In this document: in pieces, positions 34,174 to 42,160 of the stretch
Layout: every line of letters begins with the position of its first letter
Numbering within the stretch: the first letter of the stretch is position 1
NCBI GenBank assembly: GCA_012729095.1
Contig: JAAYDU010000034.1
Span: forward strand, 178 to 64,177
Length of the DNA stretch: 64,000 nt
Direction: 5' to 3'
Origin: Methanobacteriota archaeon
Lineage (GTDB): Archaea; Thermoplasmatota; Thermoplasmata; Methanomassiliicoccales; UBA472
Notes under the pieces: model-generated
What the model was told of the DNA's origin: nothing
What the model saw: the letters and a program-made list of their open reading frames with translations, nothing else
Database searches by the model: none
Translations under genes and position numbers: made by a program

Positions 34174-35320
34174 GCATCCTCGCCCCGAAGGCCGTGCTGC
34201 GGATCTCCCTCGCCGTCTCCTCCATAGCGGAGATCAGAAGATCGTTCTTCTCCGGCGTCTTCACGCTGAAGCGGACGAACTTTTCGAACGGCCGACCGAA
34301 GGTGGAGCAGTCCCTGACCAGCACCTTTCGGGGCAGCAGGTGTTCCACGATGTCCTTCGCCGTCAGCTTGGGGTCGTTCACACGGGTGAAGAAGAAGAAG
34401 CACTGGTCAGGCAGGGGGGAGAAGAGGCCGATATGGTCCACGGCCTTCTTTATGCGGTTGCGCTCGGAGGACATCATCTCCGCCGCGCGTCGCACGTGGT
34501 CCTGGTGATCGCTAACGAGCCTGGTCCCTACGTACTGCTCTATAGCGCCCATGTTCCAGGAGAGCCTGGCGCGGTCCATCATGCTCACTACCTCCTCGCT
34601 TCCCACCCCGTAGCCGACGCGCAGCCCGGGTATGGCGAAGGATTTGGTCAGAGAGGATATGATGAACAGGTTGGAATGGCCGCGCACCTCGGACATGCAG
34701 GACAGGGAGTCATGACCGTCCACCAGGTCCAATAGCGTCTCGTCCAGGAACACCAGCTTGCCGGCCGCCTCGCACTCGTCCACCAGCTCCATTATGCGCC
34801 TTTTCGGTTCCACCGTTCCGGTGGGATTGTTGGGATTGCAGATGTACAGCGCCCTGGCCAGCGGCAGCTTCTCGCGGATGGCGTTGAGGTCCAGGCGGAA
34901 CCCTTCCCCCTCTATCAGCGGCGCGTCCATTATGTTCGCCCCCTGCATGCGGCAGGCGTGCGAGTACTCGGAGAACGTAGGCCTGGGAATTATGACCCGG
35001 GCCTTGCGGGAGAGGAACACCTCTGGATACAGCCTGATAAGCTCGGCCGAACCGGCCCCGGCTATGACGTTCTGAGCCTGGACGTTGTGCAGCTTCGCCA
35101 CCGCCTCCCTGAACTCCGCGGCCGTGTCGTCCGGATAATGGACGAGCTGCTCCATCGCCTCGGTCACGAGCCGCGGCAGCTCGGCTGGAGGCCCGTACGG
35201 GTTTAGGTTGTGGCTGAAGTCCTCCACTCCGGGGAACTTCCAGCCCTGGCCTCCGTGCACGGGCCGCTTAATCGGCAACAATTCCTTTTTCACGAGGTCT
35301 TGTATCTTCATCGTCGCCAT
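34166..35320 (-). CDS. cobD: L-threonine-O-3-phosphate decarboxylase (class I/II aminotransferase fold)
   Basis: NLNPYGPP, YPD, CNPNNPTG, FLDETL, SLTKSFAIPGLRVGY. Located between cbiB and the importer genes. Confidence 0.8.
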   Translation of the reverse strand: MATMKIQDLVKKELLPIKRPVHGGQGWKFPGVEDFSHNLNPYGPPAELPRLVTEAMEQLVHYPDDTAAEFREAVAKLHNVQAQNVIAGAGSAELIRLYPEVFLSRKARVIIPRPTFSEYSHACRMQGANIMDAPLIEGEGFRLDLNAIREKLPLARALYICNPNNPTGTVEPKRRIMELVDECEAAGKLVFLDETLLDLVDGHDSLSCMSEVRGHSNLFIISSLTKSFAIPGLRVGYGVGSEEVVSMMDRARLSWNMGAIEQYVGTRLVSDHQDHVRRAAEMMSSERNRIKKAVDHIGLFSPLPDQCFFFFTRVNDPKLTAKDIVEHLLPRKVLVRDCSTFGRPFEKFVRFSVKTPEKNDLLISAMEETAREIRSTAFGARMHV

Positions 35321-36131
35321 TCTCCGGGTCCACCGGTCTCAACGGGATCACGTACAGTTCCCCGTTGTCCCGGAGCACCGTCACCTCCACTCCGTAGACA
35401 ACGCGGATGACATCCTCGTTGATCACCTCGGCCGGAGGTCCGTAGCTGATTATGCCGCCTTCGCTGATGACTATGATCAGATCGGCGTACTTGGCTATCA
35501 GGTTGATGTCGTGCGAGGCGGTTATGACCGTCACTCCCTGGCGGGAGAGGTCCTTCAGTGCCTGCATGACCTGAAGCTTGAACTTGAGGTCCAGATGGGC
35601 GCTGGGCTCGTCGGCCAGCAGTATCTTGGGCTGCTGGACGGCGCCTTTGGCCAAAAGCACCCGCGCCTTCTCGCCGCTGCTGAGCTCGGCGAGCTTCCTG
35701 TCCTTGAGGTGGGTGACGTGATACGCCTTCATGGCCTCGCGGACCAGCTGCTCGTCCTTCTCCCCCTCCCACCAGATGCCGGTGACGAACGGATATCGTC
35801 CAAGAGCCACGAACTCCTCCACTGAAAGGTGGAAGTCGTCCGGCACGTCCGCGGGGATGTTGGCGCATATCTTGGCCACCTCCATCATCTTGAGGCGGTC
35901 CAGGTCCTTGCCGTCTATGAAGATCGCCCCCTCCTGCGGCTTGAGCACCTTGTTTATGCAGCGCATGAAGGTGGTCTTGCCGCAGCCATTGGGACCCATT
36001 ATCCCTATGAGCTGCCCCTGGCGCGCGTCTATGGTGATGCCTTTCAGCGTCTTGGCGCAGAGGTTCTTTTTGGCGCCGTAGCTGAAGGATATGTTGTCCA
36101 CCTTCACCGTCAGCTCGTCGTCACATGACAT
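35268..36131 (-). CDS. ABC transporter ATPase, FepC/BtuD-like (corrinoid/metal-chelate importer)
   Basis: GPNGCGKTT, LSSGEKARV, LLADEPSAHLD, SHD. Confidence 0.85.
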   Translation of the reverse strand: MSCDDELTVKVDNISFSYGAKKNLCAKTLKGITIDARQGQLIGIMGPNGCGKTTFMRCINKVLKPQEGAIFIDGKDLDRLKMMEVAKICANIPADVPDDFHLSVEEFVALGRYPFVTGIWWEGEKDEQLVREAMKAYHVTHLKDRKLAELSSGEKARVLLAKGAVQQPKILLADEPSAHLDLKFKLQVMQALKDLSRQGVTVITASHDINLIAKYADLIIVISEGGIISYGPPAEVINEDVIRVVYGVEVTVLRDNGELYVIPLRPVDPENGDDEDTRPREKGIVAD

Positions 36132-37164
36132 ATTCCTTGCCCATCCTGATCATCAGGTAGCCGAAGAACGGCGCTCCGATGATCGATATTATGGCCCCGA
36201 TGGGGAGCTCCGAGGGAGCCACCACCGTCTTACATACAATGTCGGCCACCAATAGAATGTTTGCCCCTAGCACCATGGAGGCCGGCAGCAGCAGCCGGTG
36301 GTCGCCGCCTATGAGCATGCGCACCAGGTGGGGGACTATGAGACCGACGAAGCCTATAACGCCTGTGAAGGCCACGCACACGGCCGCCAGGGCGGAGACC
36401 AGCACGAACATGACTGTCTTGAACGACCTCACGTTCATCCCCAGCTGCCTAGCCTGCTCGTCACCGAGAAGTATCACATTGAACTCCTTGGCGAACAGCA
36501 GCATGACCAGGGAGAGCACCGCCACGACCAGCACGATGAGCTTTACAGAGCTCCAGTCCAGATAGGCGAAGGACCCGAACAGCCAGAAGAGCACCCCATG
36601 CAGCCGGTCGGCGTTGAAGTACATCAGGAGGGTGGTCCCGGCCTGCATGGCTATGCTGATTATCACCCCGCCCAGAACATAGCTTATCGGGCGCCCGCCC
36701 GCAGCCTCCGCCAGTGCCATGGTGAACATGAAGGCCCCGACCGCGCCTATGAAGGCGATTATGGGCAGGGAGTAGGTGGTCATGCCCAATATAGATACCC
36801 CGGCCAGTACCGCCAGCGTTGCGCCCAGACCGGCGCCTGACGATACCCCGGTGATGTACGGGTCGACAAGAGGGTTCCTGATCAGGGCCTGCATCACCGC
36901 CCCGGCGACCGAGAGACCGATGCCCACCGCTATCACGCCCAGGGCGCGGGGGATGCGCAGCTGCCAGAGCACCAGTTCTTTGTTGTCGGTGTGCTCCCCC
37001 CCGTTCTGTATGAGGTTCCAGAGACCGGACATGGCCTCGTGGAAGGATATGTCCATGACCCCAGTGGTCAGAGAGAGTATGAAAAGGATCACAATTCCGA
37101 TGGAGCCCATGCCTAGGATCAACGCTAGCTTCAGCTTGGCCCGGCTTGCCTTGGTCCCTTCCAT
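36121..37164 (-). CDS. FecCD/BtuC-family ABC permease
   Basis: 347 aa with about 9-10 TM helices. RIPRALGVIAVG, LLGDEQARQLG, GVIGFVGLIVPH. Confidence 0.85.
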   Translation of the reverse strand: MEGTKASRAKLKLALILGMGSIGIVILFILSLTTGVMDISFHEAMSGLWNLIQNGGEHTDNKELVLWQLRIPRALGVIAVGIGLSVAGAVMQALIRNPLVDPYITGVSSGAGLGATLAVLAGVSILGMTTYSLPIIAFIGAVGAFMFTMALAEAAGGRPISYVLGGVIISIAMQAGTTLLMYFNADRLHGVLFWLFGSFAYLDWSSVKLIVLVVAVLSLVMLLFAKEFNVILLGDEQARQLGMNVRSFKTVMFVLVSALAAVCVAFTGVIGFVGLIVPHLVRMLIGGDHRLLLPASMVLGANILLVADIVCKTVVAPSELPIGAIISIIGAPFFGYLMIRMGKEYVM

Positions 37165-37193
37165 CGATCATCACCCGTGTTGGACCGCCGGAG

Positions 37194-37210
37194 CCGGTGC
37201 GTTGCACCGG
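37194..37210 (-). promoter_or_regulatory. Intercistronic stem-loop CCGGTGC-GTT-GCACCGG (7-bp perfect stem)
   Basis: Read directly from the sequence, in the 122-nt spacer between the binding-protein and permease genes. Confidence 0.4.
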
Positions 37211-37227
37211 ACAGCGGTCTTTTGTTT

Positions 37228-37272
37228 CCCGTAACACAGGCCAGATATTTCAATTGCGCCTGGTGTCACGGG
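37228..37272 (-). promoter_or_regulatory. Second, longer imperfect intercistronic hairpin (CCCGTAACACAGG ... CCTGGTGTCACGGG)
   Basis: Read directly from the sequence. About 13 pairing positions with one G-U and one bulge, and a loop of about 18 nt. Confidence 0.35.
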
Positions 37273-37286
37273 GAAGGAGGACGCGT

Positions 37287-38381
37287 TCATTCGAACTTGA
37301 CCTGCATCACCGCCGCGACCTCGGTCGCCTCCGCGGAGGCCGGGTAGGCCACCGACGGCCCCTCGGCGGACAGCCAATCCACATAGTCGTTGGATATCAC
37401 GTGTGGCAGGCTGACGTTGAAGACGCCGGGATGCAGTATCAGCGCCATTATCTCCACGGCGTCCACCATGCGCGGGCCGGGGCGGCAGAACACGTTGTCG
37501 GCCTGCCCGGTCATGATGTACACCCGGCCGTTCTGAACGGCGGACAGCTCTGACCATATGGTGTCGTTCTCCAGGCTTGATATTATCTCCTCGCCAGGTG
37601 ACGACAGGTACATCATGGAGACGATGAGATAGTCGGGATCCGTCTCCAGCAGCGATTCCACCGATACCTCGGGCCACCCGGTCAGGTTCGAATAGACGTT
37701 GTCGCCCCTGGAATGCGCGATCACGTCCGCGGTGAAGGTGTCGTTGCCGCTGAGGTATATCGGGTCGAGCCACACCGCGAAGGTCATGGTCGGAGCGTCC
37801 TGGACATCGCCAATGGCCTCCTCTATGCCGGCCAGCCTCTGGTTCATCGATTCGATCAGGTCCTCGGCCTCCTCCTTGACCCAGCATATCTCGCCGATCA
37901 TGCCCATGGCCTCGTAGACCTCGTCGAAGGTGGCGCCCTTTTCGAGCACGATGACGTTCAAGCCACCGTTCTCCAGCTGGGACAGCATGTCCAGCTGGGC
38001 CTGCACGCCTTTGTCGAGAAGTATCAGGTCCCCGTCCGCGGAGATCACCGCCTCTACGCTGGGAGTGAAGTACCCGCCCACGGAGACCAGTGAACCGTCG
38101 GTCTTCCTGGCGTTAACGTCCTCCGGCCAGTCGCAGTAGTCGGTGACCGCGACCAGGCGGTCACCTATTCCCAGCGCGTAGACTATCTCCGTCAAGGACG
38201 GGGAGCAGGACACGATGCGCATAGGCGCCTCCTCCGTCACCACCGTCCTTCCGTTCGCGTCTATCACGGATGCAGCTCCCTCACCATCTCCCCCCGATGG
38301 GTCCGTTTCCAATACCATTATGGTCCCGACGACTACCAGCGCCACGACCAGCACGATTGCGATAACTGCCTTCTTATCCAT
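37287..38381 (-). CDS. Periplasmic-binding-protein type substrate-binding protein (BtuF/FepB-like), N-terminal membrane anchor
   Basis: MDKKAVIAIVLVVALVVVG anchor, RIVSCSPSLTEIVYALG, DYCDWP. Start set at ATG 38381; the track's 38441 start reads through the operator repeats. Confidence 0.8.
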   Translation of the reverse strand: MDKKAVIAIVLVVALVVVGTIMVLETDPSGGDGEGAASVIDANGRTVVTEEAPMRIVSCSPSLTEIVYALGIGDRLVAVTDYCDWPEDVNARKTDGSLVSVGGYFTPSVEAVISADGDLILLDKGVQAQLDMLSQLENGGLNVIVLEKGATFDEVYEAMGMIGEICWVKEEAEDLIESMNQRLAGIEEAIGDVQDAPTMTFAVWLDPIYLSGNDTFTADVIAHSRGDNVYSNLTGWPEVSVESLLETDPDYLIVSMMYLSSPGEEIISSLENDTIWSELSAVQNGRVYIMTGQADNVFCRPGPRMVDAVEIMALILHPGVFNVSLPHVISNDYVDWLSAEGPSVAYPASAEATEVAAVMQVKFE

Positions 38382-38405
38382 AGGACCGACTTCCCGGTTG
38401 TTTAG

Positions 38406-38422
38406 TTGGATAATACATCCAA
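38406..38422. promoter_or_regulatory. Perfect palindrome TTGGAT-AATAC-ATCCAA (site A)
   Basis: Read directly from the sequence. Begins 24 nt upstream of the importer start codon (38381, minus strand), in the divergent promoter region. Confidence 0.55.
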
Positions 38423-38428
38423 CTTTTA

Positions 38429-38445
38429 TTGGATATATCATCCAA
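38429..38445. promoter_or_regulatory. Perfect palindrome TTGGAT-ATATC-ATCCAA (site B)
   Basis: Read directly from the sequence. Its centre lies 23 bp from the centre of site A. Confidence 0.55.
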
Positions 38446-38530
38446 GTATTAAACCGTTAGCGGTCGTTTTTATATCAATGGCACGCACGTATGGTTGAGA
38501 GGACGGTGAGGAGGTGGCGGCATCAAGTTC

Positions 38531-39007
38531 ATGGACGAGCTGAGGAACGAGCCCATTCTGCTGGCCCACCACCCGCTGTGCGGCCGTTTCGATGATCATC
38601 TGCTGACCATAGGAGGCCGAAAGGTGTGCCGGGGCTGCATCACGGTGTACCCTACGTTCCTGGTGATGTTTTTTCTCGTGTTCATGGGTCGACCGTCGTT
38701 CGAGGCCGCCTTCTTCGCGTCGCTGCTCCTGTTCTCAGTTCAACTGATGCGCTTCGTCGCATCTGGACGATGGACGGCCATCTTGTTCAACGTGGTTCTG
38801 GGATCGAGCCTGGCCCTGGCACTGTACTCCGCCATGATATGTCCTCCCGAACTGAGGATCTACGTTTACCCGTTCATATTGACCGTGATCGTCGTCTTCG
38901 AGTACCTAAAGGGGAAGAGGATGCTGAAAAAATGCGAGGAGTGCCCGGACCGCGCCTCCTACCCGAAGTGCGCGAGGGGGCCCGTGAACCCATATGATGG
39001 AAAATAA
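38531..39007 (+). CDS. Cys-motif membrane protein, DUF2085-like
   Basis: HHPLCGRF...GGRKVCRGCITVYPTF followed by 3-4 TM helices, and a C-terminal CEECPD...PKC. Confidence 0.5.
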   Translation: MDELRNEPILLAHHPLCGRFDDHLLTIGGRKVCRGCITVYPTFLVMFFLVFMGRPSFEAAFFASLLLFSVQLMRFVASGRWTAILFNVVLGSSLALALYSAMICPPELRIYVYPFILTVIVVFEYLKGKRMLKKCEECPDRASYPKCARGPVNPYDGK

Positions 39008-39060
39008 TGGGCAATGAATAAATATTCATCACGCGAATGTCAGTTAAAAGGTGGAGCATC

Positions 39061-39366
39061 ATGTCAAAGGAATTCACTGGCAGCTGGATCATAGTGATCA
39101 TCTTGATCTTGATATGCTGGCCTGCGGCTTTGATCTACTTCATAATGAAGTACGAGGAAAGGTCGCAGTACGGAACGGGCTATTATGGAAATCAAGGCCA
39201 GCCATATCAGCAGCCTTATCAACAGTCCTATCAGCAGCCGCCTCAGCAGTACCAGCAGCCCCCGCAACAGTACCAGCAGCCCGACCAGAGCAACACCTGC
39301 AAGAAGTGCGGGGCCAGTTACGAGCCTGGCGCCCAGTTCTGTCCGAAGTGCGGCGATCGCCTCTGA
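39061..39366 (+). CDS. Small membrane-anchored protein with a Q/P/Y-rich low-complexity linker and C-terminal zinc ribbon
   Basis: TM helix WIIVIILILICWPAALIYFIM, then GYYGNQGQPYQQPYQQSYQQPPQQYQQPPQQYQQP, then CKKCG...CPKCG. AAGGTGGAG lies 4 nt upstream of ATG 39061. Confidence 0.55.
   Translation: MSKEFTGSWIIVIILILICWPAALIYFIMKYEERSQYGTGYYGNQGQPYQQPYQQSYQQPPQQYQQPPQQYQQPDQSNTCKKCGASYEPGAQFCPKCGDRL
39238..39279 (+). repeat. Tandem 21-nt in-frame coding repeat (2 x PPQQYQQ)
   Basis: ccgcctcagcagtaccagcag / cccccgcaacagtaccagcag, read directly from the sequence. Confidence 0.7.
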
Positions 39367-39380
39367 GGCTACCGGCCCAT

Positions 39381-40226
39381 TCATACGAGCCTTGAGACCT
39401 TCTCCAGGTCCCAGGCCCCCTCCCATTTTTCCAGCAACCTGTCCAGCTCCAGCATCCAACGCTGTCGCATATCCCCGGACCCTGTAGCGCCGGCAGGCCG
39501 CCTCGTCATGTCCAGGGAGTCCTCGGCGGGGGCGCTGAACCGCACCAGCGGCAGGACCCCCAGGCAGGGCATGTCCATGCGGGACTCCAGCTCCTCGATC
39601 CCCTTCCCCAGTATGGAGGCGTCGCCGCGGAACCTGTTGATGACGAAGCCTTTGAGGAGGTCCCTCTCCTCCTCGTCCATCAGAAGGTACGTGCCGTAGA
39701 TGCCGGCGAACACCCCTCCCTTCTCTATGTCCCCGACGAGCAGCACCGGGGAGCGCGTGGCCTTGGCCAGCCACATGTTGCTGACGTCCTTCTCCTTCAG
39801 GTTCATCTCCACCGGCGAGCCCATGCCCTCGATGAGCAGCATCTCCCGTCCCAGGGCGTTATCGCGGAACGCCTCCAGCACCTCCTCCCTCAGCGTTCCA
39901 ATGACCCGCGGCGTGCTCTCTCCCGGACCGAGGTCCCTCCACGGCCTTCCGCGGAGCACTACCTGGCATTGCCCGTTGCCCTTCGGCTTGATCAGTATGG
40001 GGTTCATGTCCGAAGATGGTTCGAGACCGCAAGCCCATGCCTGGTATGCCTGGGACATCGCCATTTCCTTCCCGTCGCTGGTGACGAAGGAGTTCAGGGA
40101 CACGTTCTGTGCCTTGAAAGGGGCCACGTCCACACCTTGTCGGCGGAAGTGCCGGCACAGGGCGGCGGTTAGCGTGGTCTTGCCCGCGCCCGAAGTGACG
40201 CCCTGGACCATCAGCCTACGGGCCAT
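39381..40226 (-). CDS. CobQ-like ATPase-domain-only paralog (no glutamine amidotransferase domain)
   Basis: MVQGVTSGAGKTTLTAALCRHFRRQGVDVAPFKAQNVSLNS...NPILIKPKG...IEGMGSPVEMNL parallels the N-terminal half of the adjacent CobQ. Ends after about 281 aa. Start ATG 40226 overlaps the cobQ stop by 11 nt. Confidence 0.65.
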   Translation of the reverse strand: MARRLMVQGVTSGAGKTTLTAALCRHFRRQGVDVAPFKAQNVSLNSFVTSDGKEMAMSQAYQAWACGLEPSSDMNPILIKPKGNGQCQVVLRGRPWRDLGPGESTPRVIGTLREEVLEAFRDNALGREMLLIEGMGSPVEMNLKEKDVSNMWLAKATRSPVLLVGDIEKGGVFAGIYGTYLLMDEEERDLLKGFVINRFRGDASILGKGIEELESRMDMPCLGVLPLVRFSAPAEDSLDMTRRPAGATGSGDMRQRWMLELDRLLEKWEGAWDLEKVSRLV

Positions 40227-42069
40227 CCGGGTCCCCCCTGAGCAGCGCGTCCAGGTCGAGATGCTCCTCCACCAAAGCGGCCAGCCGGTCCAATGATGAA
40301 TCGATCTTCGCCTCATGGTCCATGCCGGCCGATTCGGCCTCATGGCGGTGTTCCACCATCGAGAGGAAGAGGCGGCGGAATGCGGGCAGGTCGAAGGCCC
40401 CGTGAAGATAGGTCCCCATGACATTCCCCTCCCTGTTCCATGAGCCCTCCGCCCTCCCGTCCGGGTCGAGCATGAAGAGCGGTTCCTCGGAACCCTCGGT
40501 GCGGCCCATGTGTATCTCGTACCCCCTCACCTCCCCCCCTCCGATGGCGAGGGAGCCGCTGACCTGCACGGTCCTCTTGTCGTATGAATCGAAATGAGTG
40601 ACTGCGTCGATTAGCCCCAGGCCGTCCATCTCCTTGGGGCCTTCCCCCTCCAGTCCGTGAACGTCGGAGATCCTGCGGCCGAGCATCTGGTAGCCGCCGC
40701 ATATTCCCAGGACGGGGACCTTACCCGCTTTGGCCAGTATTGCAGAGGCCACGCCGCTCTCCCTCAGCCAAAGCAGGTCCTGCACGGAGTTCTTCGTTCC
40801 GGGCAGTATGATGGCGTCCGCCGTTTCCAGTTCCTCCGGCGCATTCGCGTAGATCACGCTCACGCCCTCCTCCAGGGACAGGGCGTCGAAGTCTGTGAAG
40901 TTGGATATCATAGGAAGGCGTATCACTGCCACGATCGTGCTCCCGGCGCCTCCGGGACGCTGGTCGAGGTCCATGGAATCCTCCACGGGAAGATAGAGGG
41001 AGGGGACGTGTGGCAGCACCGCCAGCACCGGCACGCCGGTAGTTGCCTTCACCAGTTCCAGGGATTCCCCGAGGGAGCCGCCCCCGGGGCACATGTTGTT
41101 GATGAGCACGCCCTTGAAGAGCTTGCGCTCCTCCTCGTCCAGGAGCATCAACGTGCCGATGGCGTAGGCGAACGCCCCGCCCCAATCGATGTTCACGGCC
41201 AGCAGGCAATCGGCCTTGGCCAGCTTGGCCACGTACATGTTGGCGACGTCCCTTCCCCGGAGGTTGATCTCGGCGGGCGAACCGGCCCCCTCGATGACCA
41301 CCACGTCGTTCATGCGCATGAGGCGGTCCAAATTGCGGGCGATGATGGCTGGCGCCTCGTTGGGAACGAAGTCGGAGTAGTACTCCTGCACGGTAAGGTC
41401 CTTGTAAGGGCGCCCCTCCACGATGACCTGGGACGTCACCCCGCCCTTGGGCTTCAGAAGTATGGGGTTCAGATCCCCTCTCGGGCGAGTTCCCGCCGCT
41501 CGCGCCTGCAGGTCCTGTATTCGAGCGATCTCCTCGCCGTCCGCGGTCACCATGGAATTGAGCGACATGTTCTGCGATTTGAAGGGGGCGACCCTGAGGC
41601 CGCGCTCGCGGAACGCCCGGCAGAGGGCCGCCACCAGAAGCGATTTGCCGGCCCCGGACGTTGCGCCGAGCACCATGATCGCCTTGGCCCTCTTGCGGTG
41701 CCTGGCCTCCAGGTCACGCTTCAAGCGCGACCGGGTCTGGCGGTCCAGACCTCGGGGGCCGACCTCTGGCATAATGACCATCAATGACGATGCCACGTCC
41801 CCGCGGTGCATCCACATGCACTTCTGGCAGGACCACACCTTCCCGCCGGTGCGACCGGAGGTGACGAACTCTCCCAGTGCCGTGTCCTCACATGGATACA
41901 GCGGGCAGTAGCAGAACGTGCAGTCCTGATCCGGGTGATGGCAGGGGAAGTACGGGCATTCATGGTTGCCGCCGATGATGCCCCGGGCCATCTGAGAGCG
42001 CAGGACCTCAGCGTACTTGGAGTAGTTCTCCTCCGAGTCGTCCGGGACCTGTTCCGTTGGATTAATCAT
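40216..42069 (-). CDS. cobQ: Cobyric acid synthase with N-terminal cysteine-rich small domain
   Basis: [30 protein letters not shown], then [30 protein letters not shown], and the GATase part [10 protein letters not shown]...HG. An alternative start is ATG 41991. Confidence 0.85.
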   Translation of the reverse strand: MINPTEQVPDDSEENYSKYAEVLRSQMARGIIGGNHECPYFPCHHPDQDCTFCYCPLYPCEDTALGEFVTSGRTGGKVWSCQKCMWMHRGDVASSLMVIMPEVGPRGLDRQTRSRLKRDLEARHRKRAKAIMVLGATSGAGKSLLVAALCRAFRERGLRVAPFKSQNMSLNSMVTADGEEIARIQDLQARAAGTRPRGDLNPILLKPKGGVTSQVIVEGRPYKDLTVQEYYSDFVPNEAPAIIARNLDRLMRMNDVVVIEGAGSPAEINLRGRDVANMYVAKLAKADCLLAVNIDWGGAFAYAIGTLMLLDEEERKLFKGVLINNMCPGGGSLGESLELVKATTGVPVLAVLPHVPSLYLPVEDSMDLDQRPGGAGSTIVAVIRLPMISNFTDFDALSLEEGVSVIYANAPEELETADAIILPGTKNSVQDLLWLRESGVASAILAKAGKVPVLGICGGYQMLGRRISDVHGLEGEGPKEMDGLGLIDAVTHFDSYDKRTVQVSGSLAIGGGEVRGYEIHMGRTEGSEEPLFMLDPDGRAEGSWNREGNVMGTYLHGAFDLPAFRRLFLSMVEHRHEAESAGMDHEAKIDSSLDRLAALVEEHLDLDALLRGDPDGP

Positions 42070-42073
42070 CCAA
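42057..42073. promoter_or_regulatory. Perfect palindrome TTGGAT-TAATC-ATCCAA overlapping the cobQ start codon
   Basis: Read directly from the sequence. It spans ATG 42069-42067 (minus strand). An ATATTAT TATA-like element lies about 27 nt upstream on the minus strand. Confidence 0.5.
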
Positions 42074-42160
42074 TTGGGTCAAACCCCTGAGCCCATAATA
42101 TCCTTTTGCCCGGCCCTGCAACATTTTAATCGAAGGATTGCTTACTGCCATTCGAGAAAG

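Noticed and set aside
38382-38530. Possible cobalamin riboswitch upstream of the corrinoid importer or cobT
   Set aside because: I saw no B12-box-like core (e.g. GCCACTG). The leaders are too short (under 70 nt from the putative TATA to the start). The regions are instead dominated by DNA palindromes. Not decisive without a covariance-model scan (Rfam RF00174).
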